A stretch of 63,098 nt of DNA, counting the filler, from Squatina squatina (taxonomy: Eukaryota): assembly GCA_031763465.1 (NCBI GenBank). It is 3 parts of 3 records of this genome, joined end to end, with 100 filler letters (N's around TTAATTAATTAA, not from the genome) between each part and the next. Parts side by side here need not be neighbours in the genome. Positions count along the whole stretch, not along the records: positions 36,508 to 63,098 come from JARFOE010000001.1; 2 more parts are not named here. One strand, 5' to 3'. Under the pieces are notes generated by a model. It saw nothing but the letters and a program-made list of their open reading frames with translations. It searched no databases and was not told where the DNA came from. Position numbers and translations under genes: made by a program. Below, piece after piece: positions 37,931-49,640 of this stretch; within the stretch, counting starts at the first letter, position 1; each line of letters opens with the position of its first letter.

Positions 37931-37974
37931 CATGGAACTCACAAGCCTCACTAGCTCAAACAGATCAGAATTCA

Positions 37975-38005
37975 AAAGCAAAATACTGCGGATGCTGGAA
38001 TCTGA
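37975..38005. mobile_element. Terminus of a Penelope-like element
   Basis: aaaagcaaaatactgcggatgctggaatctga at a contig end, recalled as a common elasmobranch PLE terminal motif. Confidence 0.45.
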
Positions 38006-40472
38006 NNNNNNNNNNNNNNNNNNNNNNNNNNNNNNNNNNNNNNNNNNNNNNNNNNNNNNNNNNNNNNNNNNNNNNNNNNNNNNNNNNNNNNNNNNNNNNN
38101 NNNNNTATTATACTCTTTGATCAATTATTTTTCCAGCCTCTCCAATTCCAGTATAAACACTTGCAAGATCTGAAATGTCTATCAGCTTTATTATACATAT
38201 CTGTCTCCACAATCTCAAGCCTTCTGGGTAGAGATTATAGATCTTGCTCTTGAATGATTAATTTTTCATTTGAAAGGAGATTGCTGTGCAATGCGATGAA
38301 GATGGTCTTTGTCGGTCGGGAGCACATTTAAAGTGCTGTTAAAAAAATGCATAATTTCTTAGTACTTTATTTGAAAGGGGGAGATTCTTAAAGAAAATGA
38401 ACTTGCAGAACAAAGACCCAGCAAGAGGATTATTCAGACTTAACTTGAAGGGATACACTTCAGCAATTGGCAAAACTCCATCTGAACTGCATCCAAAAAA
38501 AAGGGTGGCATTTCTTCTGTTTTAGATACACCAGAGCTGTTTTGAAGAGAGACAGGCACACTGCTCTGGATTGTCCAAGTGCATTTGTTAGAAATGCTGG
38601 AATATTACAACACTGCAGTCTCTGGCCCGAGGGATGGAATGAAACTCTTCAGTAGCTCCTTGTGTTCACTGCAAAGCTGTCTGTGCAGCACTAAGTTTTG
38701 ACTAATGTAAAGGTAGATGTGAAGTTTGTGTTTGCTTATTCAACTGACTTAAAACTTGAGCAATTCCTAATTCAAGCTAATTATATTTCATGTGTCTTAA
38801 GATGTGAAGTGTTGCTATATTTTCTAAGTGAACAGTTGAAATATCTATATCCTTCCTGGATATATCTTCAAATCTACAGTCTCATGTCCTTCAATAAGTT
38901 GATGCTTGTTATTGGCNNNNNNNNNNNNNNNNNNNNNNNNNNNNNNNNNNNNNNNNNNNNNNNNNNNNNNNNNNNNNNNNNNNNNNNNNNNNNNNNNNNN
39001 NNNNNNNNNNNNNNNNAACTGCCAAAACAGCATAAAGGAACCTTGTTGTGAGGTCTTCCTTAATTATGCCATGGTGCCCTCATATCTGTTTTGAAAGTAT
39101 TATAATGCCGCTGTCTTGGCAGGCATGATCTAATGTAGTTTCATTTGTCACTACAAAACTGAATTGATCCTGTAGTTTACAACGATGCACTTTATTACAC
39201 TTGGTCAGTTGCTCAGTTACTGGCCTATATCTGGTGAAGTAGTAACTGCATTCATGAGGCAAAACTGTGTAACATTTTTTGTGCATAACTGGCTAGATAT
39301 TCCTTGTGTAACATAATTGGAATATACTGTTTTTTACTGGTGTGTTAGGCTCATAAATGCAGAACTAGTTTAATGAACAATTTTGACTAAAGTAATTCAA
39401 TACATTTCAAAATACAAAGTCTGATCACTTTAAATGGATATTTAAGGTACATTGAATGCCTTTTCAAAATTCCTGAAGGAGGACTTTAAGCCAATATAAT
39501 TTTTTTATAATGGACCAAGGTCACCTACCCCCCCAGCCCACCATTAGTATCTACAGTAGTTAGAAAGGAAATTAAAGAGCATTGAATTAATTGTTGGTGC
39601 CAAGCTGGCTGGGATGAAAGAGCACCGCTTTCCAAAAATAACAAACTTGGACAGAATGAAGGCTGTCACGACTAAAGAAGAAATACAGCCAAAAATGTGG
39701 AAAAATAAATGCAACAAAGACTGGAAAAATAGGGCAAGAGTTTCAACAGACCTCACAAAACACATTTCTATGGCAACAGCAGTTTTTTATAGGATCGGGT
39801 TATCCTGAAAGAGCTGTTATAAGGAAGTGCTGGATGCTTGAAGTGAACAGAGAAAAGCAAGTGCAGTGAACTCCAGCAGCTTCTGCTCCCTTTATACTTC
39901 GCTTGACTAGGGCAGCCATTGAAATCATTGGCACAAACCCAGCTTGCACACTGCCTCCTAATCTTCAACAACATGTGTATAAACTGGCAGTATAAGTCCT
40001 ACCAGCTGATATAATAAGGTTACTTGAATCCTCTTAGCATCAAGAGATCTCTGCAAGTTTCAAAATATCACACCTCTCTGTTCTATAATGTCTGCAAGAA
40101 CAATTTTCTGTAAATATATGTTGTGAAGGTAAATCATTGAATAAATAGAAATCTTGATGCTTTTCCAGTCCATGTCTTTGACTTTGCATTAGTTCTCAGA
40201 AAGAAACAAATGAAGCTGTGGAGTCTCACTCCAGCATGTAGTGAACTGCTCCTCAACGGTTTTTATTCCTTTTATGTCTTGTGTCCCAGTCTGGCCATCC
40301 ACACTCCTGTTAGTGATGGAAGGCAATAATTTTCAGAACGCAAAGCTGTTTTGATACTCAGAAGAGGTTCATTCATTCAAATGAAAATTAGATATATTCC
40401 TTTCAGAAAACAGCATTTTGGGATAAGGTATATGAGTCATTTGAGACATGACATGTGGTAAGGTGACATTGA

Positions 40473-40670
40473 ACCGATGGTTCCCAAAGCACTGCCACCA
40501 CTGGGGTCGTCCCAGTGTAATTTCTGGGTCCGTGCTAGTCTAATTAATAGAGAGTGTTTGCTATGATAAGTCAACAACTCCATTATTATCATATCATGCA
40601 ACTATCAGGATGGTGGAAGGTTAACCAAATGGACCTTGGTCTCTTTTCATCTCGCAAACCTGATGTTCCT
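40473..40670 (+). repeat. Interspersed repeat with CR1-like 3' end, copy 2
   Basis: Homologous by eye to 17625-17825. Confidence 0.65.
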
Positions 40671-40796
40671 CTATATCAATGAAAACAGTGCAGTGATATA
40701 CCCATTGAGTGTTCCACTGTTCCTGATCATGCTGGTTATATATTTCCAAGATCAAGAGTGTTTGCATAATTCACACACCTACCCTACCATTCACTA

Positions 40797-40875
40797 AGTG
40801 TCAGCTGTGGCTTAGTTGGTAGCACTCTCACCTCTGAGTCCCAAGGTTTGTGGGTTCAGGTCCCACTCCAGAGTG
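40797..40875 (+). mobile_element. 5' tRNA-derived head of Deu-domain SINE, truncated by a gap
   Basis: gtgtcagctgtggcttagttggtagcactctcacctctgagtc...gggttcaggtcccactccag contains Pol III A and B boxes and matches the head at 58284. Confidence 0.8.
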
Positions 40876-43019
40876 NNNNNNNNNNNNNNNNNNNNNNNNN
40901 NNNNNNNNNNNNNNNNNNNNNNNNNNNNNNNNNNNNNNNNNNNNNNNNNNNNNNNNNNNNNNNNNNNNNNNNNNNCCAGTTAGATCTGAGTGCCAAGCAT
41001 TCCCAAGACTCCAATCCACTGTACAATAACATGAAGAAAAGCCTTTCGGCCATCGTCATAATAACACCTTTCAAGATGACATTAAAAAGAACTTGACGGG
41101 TGCTTATGCATGCTTTCTACCCGAAACTCACATAGATATGCTCAGATCAAATGTAAAATCACCTAAGTATGAAATAACTTTTATTTTTGAGAAAAATGTA
41201 AGAACATTCCATTGCTTGTGTCTCTTGGGAATCATTCATTCTCCTGAGTGCATTCCAGATCCATTCTCAGCCATTGTGGTTCACCAGATTGCAGACCATA
41301 TACAATTTTGTATGCTTCTAAATGGTTCAAATTAAAAGTCATCTCTTTAGGGTTTCAACAGTTTTACTGCCACAGGTTTAATGGATATTTACAGCTTGAC
41401 TCCCCTGTGTTGGGATGGCTGGAGGGGTGGATGCTTTTTAACTGCAACAAGGCTCTATTCTAAAAAGTTTGACATTGAGGAGGTGATTTGGACAACATCA
41501 GGAAGTAGCTGAATTTTATGAAGGCTCTTAGGATGTCCAGATATTAAACAGAGATTCGAATTCTCTGTCCTTAGTACAACACCTGGGACTGATTGCTTGG
41601 TATCGTATTAGAATAAAACAACACCAGATGTAGGGAAGCATTTTGTGCAGTAGTAGACAAGTTTATTAGAAACCTGAGAAACTGCTATTCTGCATTAAAT
41701 CTTCAGTCCTTGATTGCAAGGTACGCTAGATTCAAAGAAACTTGAATTCAATGGTTTGGAGACTTACTGTGTATTGAGCTGAGAAAGCAGCAACTGGGTT
41801 TGGTTGATAGAGCTAACATACAAATTTGCACAGTTTTGTTTTTAACAGTATTCACCAGGATATTATGGGAAGGTTTCAATTGCCAGCCACCATTTTGTTT
41901 CATGTGACTTCAGTTCATCATATATGGATAATATCGTGCCCAGTCACCGAGTGGCATCTGTAGTGATCCTGTTCTATATGAGATAGAATTGCTAACCATT
42001 ACTAAGTGTCTGCTATGTGACTATTATGAGTAGGGTCACTAAGTTATTACAAAGACTGCATAGATCTCTTCCTGTTTTCTATGAAAAATTATGGGCGATT
42101 ATATTTATCTTCACAAATATTTTCATCTTGGTAAAATTCTTAGATGCTCACTTCAACTTTATTAACTGAGTGAATTAACTCCTGTGAAGTTCTCCTATTG
42201 TCCCTTAAGAGAACTGAATAAATGGAGAATGTCCTTTCCACATCTGCTGTGCTGTCAGGATGCCAGATGTATTGTTTGGCCATTGCAGCAAGTTTGGGCA
42301 ATGAATCTTGCTGAACTCCAACCGTTCACTGGAGCTGAGTTCAGCTGGAAACGTTTGTGAAGCANNNNNNNNNNCACATACCAGAGGCGATATCCCTTTA
42401 AGCAGTTACTTAGTCCGCAAGATGTGAATTTTGTAAAACCAGACAGCAAAAGAACGCTGGAGGATTTGCACAACATCACAGCACCATGCACCCAAATACT
42501 GAAGAGAGAGAGAGAGAAATAACAGAGATTCAAGCTTTCCTGAAAAAGATGAGGTTTTCGTAATATTCTGAAAGTGAGAAATCATGTCCATGATTTTCCA
42601 ATAGACCTGGTTATAATGACCCATAGTTCTCCACAATGCTGATCAAACATCCCCAAGATATCCATATCTTTTTTACCTTTGTACACATGAATACAAATAT
42701 ACAACGGAACAGTGAAACTCTTTCCATACTTTTCTTTAATATGTTCTCACCCGTGGACTTTTTTTTAAACCTGAGATTATACCACAAAAGATGAAAACCA
42801 TGGCAATCCTCTGTCCCATGTGGTGAAATAAATTGCAATATCAGCACAGTGTAAATCAGATGGTACAGCTGCATTTCTGTTCATGTTTAGGAGTTCAATC
42901 ACTAGAGTTCTCAGTTCGTCACTGTTCTCTGTAAGAACAGAAAATGACAATGACAATCAGCAAGCAGCTCTTTATAAGAACATGCATGCTCTGCAGCATT
43001 CCAAAGCATAGCACCTCAC

Positions 43020-43980
43020 AGGAGTTAAATTGGCTAACCCCTGAAAATGGGTGTGGGGTATGTGGTATGCGATTAACCCATGCCCATTCATTGCATTGCA
43101 GGCAGCACAGTGAATTGGTGCTGACTATGGTTTTACATGATTGCTGCATGCAGCCAGCACTACACGCATAGGCAGGGAGCCTGATATCGCGAGTGGCTAG
43201 TGCAAACTTAAAGGCAGCCTGCACCTCTTAAAGGGGAGGTGCATTGTGGCTGCGAGAAGTGGTGGGAGTTTTTTGAAAAGGCAATTTGGGCTGTGATACT
43301 TTGAGAAATGGCTGAACATGTGGCAGCGCGAGCATCAAGATTTACAGATAATGCACTGGAGGTCTTGGTGCAAGAGGTGGAAAGAAGGAGAGACATTCTG
43401 TTTCTGAAGAGGGGCAGGAGGCAGTCGCAAGAAATAATGGTGGAGGTCAATGCCAGGAGTGTTGCTCCATGAATATGGATGCAGTGCAGGAAGAAGTTTA
43501 ACAATCTCACACAAGTTGTCAAGGCAAGTGAGTTCATCATCAAATGGCATATCCTACCATCCTACTAGCCTCAGCCACTGCTCAATTCTCTACACCCCCC
43601 ATCACCCATCTACCAACATTCATTATCAATTAGTACTCACCCCTAAAAGTCATACGCTTAACACACTTAGCACTGCTGCAAGCCTCGCACCCACTACTCA
43701 CAGCTCGCACAGACTTGCAGCTATTCAACCATGACAGCCATATCATCCAAACATATTGCAAGTCACTCGCTGACACACTTTCCTCTTTCTTGCAGGAGAA
43801 GGTGGTGCATGACAACAGGCAGCAGGAAAGTTCAGAGGAGGACAAGCATGTTTTAAACCTCAGGGAGGCGACAGGGGCATCACTGAGGCCCTGGCCACTG
43901 GCGGGGCTGGAGTGATTGATGATGAGGATATCTGCATACCTAATCCGCCTTCTCTCATTCCACTTCTCCCTCATCCTGCA
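43020..43980 (+). mobile_element. Harbinger transposon left arm with pseudogenised two-exon Myb/SANT-like gene (ATG 43308, exon 2 from 43796)
   Basis: MAEHVAARASRFTDNALEVLVQEVERRRDILF...EVNARSVAP*IWMQCRKKFNNL, then an intron ending ctttcttgcag and EKVVHDNRQQ. RF...L..LV.EV and QCRKKF are Myb/SANT-like (MSANTD/NAIF1-type) motifs. In-frame TGA at 43470. Confidence 0.8.
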
Positions 43981-46084
43981 ATCTAACTTGATGGTGTCAT
44001 CAAACCTGGCTCTCTATTCCTTTATCTAAGTCATTTCTAAATACAATGAAATGCAGCAACAGTGAAGATGTACTGTCATAAACTCTCTTGAATGGAATCA
44101 AAATTAATGCTGTTTTATGTGCTAGAATTGCAACCCTTTCCTGACAAGGATACAAGTTGATTAATTACTTAATTCGTTTGCAGTGGAAAAAACGGCACTC
44201 AAAATCAGTGAAATATTTATCTTAAAGAAAGCTTTCAAGACAATGACAGTAAAATTATATAAATGCTGGACAACCTTCTCAAAGAGATGTGTTGATGTGA
44301 CTTACAATTGCAGTTAGTTGGAAAAGCCTGTGAAGTTCAATTAAAATCTGAACTATTACTCAGTGGGGACTTGCTTATGCCAAACTTACTGTGACACTAA
44401 TGGGGACCAGACTAATGTCGAAATTCAGGACAAAGTATCTGCAACAAAGAAACAAACTGAAACTGCTTCTGAAGATTAACTAATACTTAAAAACAAAGCA
44501 TTCAATTTGATCAAATGTAACTTGCCTCAAGTATATTGACAGCATAGCCCATCACATAGATGGTAAGATTTGCCATTGCTGAGCGTGGTAAAAAGGACTT
44601 TGGGGAGAAAATCAGGGCTGCCTCTGTGTTTGCCCCGACAGACAGTTGTTCTGCAAGAAATGAAATGTTACAAAATCTCAGGTTATGGGCAGCTAAAAAA
44701 CATTTTTTAAATACTGTGACTTATTTGAAATTCATCTTTTTAACTATTTATTTTACATAATTAGCAACACAAGTATGATAAACATTTATTGCAGGGCTGC
44801 CCAAGAAACTGAGCAAAATTCAGCGCCAGGAATTTCCTCTAGGCTTCTGCCGTTCCACAGTTGTAACGTTAGTGGAAAAGCCCTTTTCGCACATAAACGG
44901 GGTAACGGGGTATCCGTGATGCTATGGTGATAGAGCAGGAGATGCACCGAGGAAGTGCCCAGTGCGCCCAAGAGGAAAACATGTCACGGAGAAGATTTTT
45001 TTATGTGGTTTTTCCAAATAAACAATTTTAAATGTGTGTTATATCAAAGATTGTAAAATGTCACAGATAGTTATTTTGAACATCTAGATTATCAAATAAA
45101 ATTATATTCATGGTTAAACTTATTACTCAATTATCAATCATGAACAATCTCCATTTCTTTTTCCTACAATTTGCAATTAATGTCAATAGATTTTGCTCTA
45201 CACTATTATCTGCAGTACTGGACAGTTATAGTAATGGACAGTTTTATTCTGCTGAGCAGTAATATAATCCCGGAGCACAAACGTAACATCTTCACCCTTA
45301 GCACATGGGAGCTCAGAAGGTTCCAATTCATACCCAAATCTGGTGGGATGAAGGCTTGGGAATTGAAGGGTGTTGGCTCAATGATTGCAACACTGTGTTG
45401 CACATGTAAGACACTGGCCCTGAACTTGCGATCGGAGGCTTTCTGCGTGTGGGTGCCTCTGATTGCAATTTACTCTACGTACTTACCCAAGGGTCCTGGA
45501 TCCACGTGAGTTTGCGATCTTCAGCCCCCCTGAGTTGGAGATTTGGANNNNNNNNNNNNNNNNNNNNNNNNNNNNNNNNNNNNNNNNNNNNNNNNNNNNN
45601 NNNNNNNNNNNNNNNNNNNNNNNNNNNNNNNNNNNNNNNNNNNNNNNGCACAAGGAAAGTAAATACACTTACTTTAAATGGCCTCTTCTGGCTCTGGATC
45701 TACTGTCTTCAACTGGTGGGAGAGCCACAGCAGACCCTGGTCTGCTTATTTAAAGAACGATCCCTCTGGCTTCAGGTGGTTGCCTTTGCCGCCTGTTTAG
45801 AAGAGCAGGTTAAAATTGAAGATGCTGGGATCCAGGTAGGACATCAGAGTATAAGTCACCCAGCCAATTTTAACTACACACCTGCCCAATTTGCACTTGT
45901 CATGTAGGGTTAAAATCATCCCTCTTTTGTTTGTGCCTCCTCTGCACCCCAATAGAGACAAGTCTAACAGCAAAATTCACTTCAGACCACAAAGTCTCTC
46001 AGGTGAGCATCATGCTGTCCCCACTTGATGTCCATACGTGCACACTCTCAGCTGTGTTTGATGGATAGTGATGTAATTTGAGAG

Positions 46085-46460
46085 TCCATAGATGGCTCAC
46101 AGAGGTTATCTATTGAGTCTATGAGCCACACAGACTAGGGATGTCCCAGATTAGATTTTCAGTGTGCCCTGAGTAAGCTGATCTCAGTTGGTGGTTCAGA
46201 CTCTATAAATACTTCAGCATCCGTGGATTAGTGAGGGGAAAATGTAGTACTATCCATCAAAGCTCACTGGAAGTGTGCATGTAGGGGTATCAATTAGGGA
46301 TGGTACAGTGCTCAGCTATGATGCCCCTGTGCTTGAAAAGCAACTAATATTATTAAGCTAACACATGAAGAATTGCCACTATGGGTGAGATCTCAGAAGG
46401 TGCCCAGCACCCATGTAACCATAGCCCAGCAAGGAGTCAACGCCCTCAGGAGAGAAAGGA
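46085..46460 (+). mobile_element. tRNA-headed SINE of a second family
   Basis: Contains gagccacacagac, gagtaagctgatctcag and cacatgaagaattgccact. Reverse-orientation relatives are at about 45960-46075 and 53840-54075. Confidence 0.6.
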
Positions 46461-46479
46461 AATGAATTTGGTAAAAAAA

Positions 46480-47175
46480 TGTGAGAAAAATTCATGTCAT
46501 TTGCACCTCCCATTAGCGCCCCCACCCCCCCCGGGGGCATTATGGGGGCACTAGCGACTTTTCATCCAGGCGCAGCGCCGCTACAGACTTCTGCGGGAGT
46601 TTAGTGGCAACGCTAACAGATAGCACCCCGCTCCTACCAGTAAAGCCCCAAGCCGCTGTGCCGGCGATGACAATGTCATCACCATGTATAACGCTCCGTT
46701 TTTACCCCAGAACAAGAATTCCATAGCACCACGTGAAGCTACCATGGGCGATGCCCGGGACAGCTTCACAGGGCACGTACCAGGCTTTAGGCCGCTTGTG
46801 GGGCGAAAATTAAAGGAGAGGTGTGGCGGTGAAAAATAAAAGATGGGCCTTCTTGACTGCAGATCGCGGGGTCCGTGCTGCGACCTTGCAGCCCAGCACT
46901 CCGCTTGTGTGCCGGGCTGCTGCCATGGCACTCAGCTCCCTGGTGGTCCAGCAATGAACCCTTCTCTTTAATGGAAGGGGAGGGCCCTGTCTTCCCTCCA
47001 GCGCTGGAAAATACGTGTCGATTGCACCCTGATCCCGTCCCCGACAGGAAGTGGAGCGTGAGATCTTGCACTCCACTTCCTCTCGAGGGCGATAGGTTCA
47101 ATATAACTCGCGGGCGGGACTTCTGCGCCTGGCGCAGGAACTCCTGCCTTGTGGCTGCACCCTAATTTTCGGCCG
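46480..47175. mobile_element. GC-rich MITE / non-autonomous DNA transposon (family B)
   Basis: Shares tgcacctcccatt and ttgcactccacttcct with the TIR-bounded element at 49274-49640. Ends in aattttcggcc. Confidence 0.65.
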
Positions 47176-47929
47176 AATATTCTAATGCATGTTAATTTCA
47201 TAAAAAGAGCAGCATTCCCAGAAATATATCTCACAAGCACTCCGACTGCCTGTGGGGGTCTCTGTAGTTTCTAAATTCGTCAGCTCATACTTCATGAGAA
47301 CAAACTGAATGGCTGCCTTGCTCGTAGTCACCTCAGTCACTCAATACCTGACTGAAGACTCTGTCACGGCATGCTTTACATAATGATCATGATTGGCCAT
47401 CATGACATGGGTGACATCTAACACTCTGTAAATAATGCATGAAACCTTGTACTGAATAAACTTTTAAGAGCTGCGTATGTATTCGCATATTGTATTGCCA
47501 TTAATCACGTTTGATTGTTTAGGTAATAAATCTTTTTTTTTAAGTTTAAAGTTTATTTATAATGGCTTATGTCATTTATTTCCAGCATGGAACCTTTACA
47601 GCAATTTTTATTATATGTTATGACTTTAAACACTGCCTTGTTGATCGATTATACTCCTAACACTCCAACATTGTTCTGTATAAGCTACTGTTGAAAGCAA
47701 TCAGTATGCTTATGACTCATTTCTTTCACTGCAGGCCCTCCTCTAAAGTTTAAATTCAGTAGTCATTTTTCTATTGCTCACCATCTTTGACAACCCAGAT
47801 TGCAACTATTTTCTTTTAACCGTGTCTCTCAATATTTTAAAGGATACTTTTCTTTTTTAGTAATAAAATTTTTGTAGCTACTCAACTTTATGTCTTTTAC
47901 AACTGCTCACCCTTCATTATAGTGCCTGA

Positions 47930-48175
47930 GAGAAAATTGGAAGAATAGGGGTGCCCAATTCGAACTTTTCTTTTGGTGCTAAAATGGCGCTAATTGGGCG
48001 TTAGTGGCCTAATGCCCAATTTCGGCGCTAACTTTAGCACTCCCCAATTCGGGTCTACTTTACGCTGGCGCTAAATGGCACTGCACCTCTAGCGCTGGAA
48101 ACTCAGCATCCAGCGCTATGTGCCATCGATAATGTCTTCAGTAGGTGCAACGCCCAAAATGGCTGCCCGCACAAG
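47930..48175. mobile_element. MITE family A fragment
   Basis: Homologous to 22420-22621. Confidence 0.65.
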
Positions 48176-49273
48176 AATTCGATCATGTTGCTCAGCCTTA
48201 AAATTAGCAATGGACATTGATACCCTTCCTGTAATGATTTGGAGCGCTACTTAAAGGCCTGGAACTGTAAATTGCNNNNNNNNNNNNNNNNNNNNNNNNN
48301 NNNNNNNNNNNNNNNNNNNNNNNNNNNNNNNNNNNNNNNNNNNNNNNNNNNNNNNNNNNNNNNNNNNNNNNNNNNGAGAAAAAAGGGACCTTTGAATCAA
48401 GTAACAGTGCTAAACATTTCAATATGAGATGAGTATTCGGTCTTATTCAAAAGAGTTTGATAGAATATAATTTGGCCCGTGCTATGTGATCGAAGGAAGC
48501 CACACAATGACTCACCCTAATTTGAGGTGGCTTAGTAGAAGTAGAAAGCCACAGTCTGAAGTGTTTGACTGTCTGAAATGTTACGATTAACTGCTGAATC
48601 GGGAAAAAGTTGGGAGGGGAAAGTCAAATGCTAAATTCTCTGGATCAACACTAACAGTTGAATTTTTTTTGGATGTCCTAAACGAATAAAAATGGTTAGG
48701 AAATAACATTTGGAGTTTGGAACCAGATCTGCTGGCTAGGTCTGGTCAGGACTTTATAAAATCGAGGATAATACACAATCTTGTGGTTTCTTTTAATTGT
48801 TTCTTTCATTTCATATTCTCTCATTTCCTTATTTTGGTGCTTTTTTGTTTCATTTCTTTTCTTGGAAACAATTTAAAGATTTGAGGTTAGAAATGAGTGC
48901 TGGCAGTCATAATGGGCAAATGCGTAATGTATTTGTATCACATTGCACTGTCCACACTTTTAACAAAGTTGTTTATTTTACAAGGGCTGATCATACAGAG
49001 GAATGGCATCTGAAGACATTAAGGCCTAGATTTTCCAATCAGCATTAATTTAACGCCAACGTTAGCCTGTTTACAACAAACTGGCCAACATTGGCGATAA
49101 AATAGTGCCAATTAGGAAATCGAGATGCAAGTGTTTGTTAACATCAACAATTTCCAACTTTTTTGTTACCTGGAATTATTTTTAAATCCAGGTTCTTCAG
49201 CTTCTGTCTGGAGAATCAGCAGTTATGGCTATCCAGCAAATATCCAAATTAAGGTGAGACGCTCAGCACTGCG

Positions 49274-49640
49274 GGGCCAAAATTCCCCTGTTGTGCACCT
49301 CCCATTGGCCCCTCCAGGGGCGCTAACAGGGCACAAAAGTGTTTTCGCCCGGCTCCTGTGAAATTACGTGGGAGTTGGTGGAGGCACGAATGCATTCACC
49401 CTGCGCCCCATTGGTAGCACCCTAGGCCGCTGCGCCTNNNNNNNNNNNNNNNNNNNNNNNNNNNNNNNNNNNNNNNNNNNNNNNNNNNNNNNNNNNNCCC
49501 AAAAAGAAAGTGGAGCGCGGGACATTGCACTCCACTTCCTGTGAGGGGTGGTAACCTGAATTTTGCTTGCAGGTTGGGACTTCCGCTCTGGCCCAGGAGA
49601 GGTTACCGCCCCCAACTGGGTTGATAGGGAATTTTGGCCC
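49274..49640. mobile_element. MITE with perfect 14-bp TIR GGGCCAAAATTCCC
   Basis: gggccaaaattccc at 49274-49287 and gggaattttggccc at 49627-49640, with a ~60-N internal gap. Confidence 0.8.

Noticed and set aside
40797-40875. tRNA gene (also at 58284-58360)
   Set aside because: A and B boxes continue into SINE body sequence in multiple copies; these are SINE heads.
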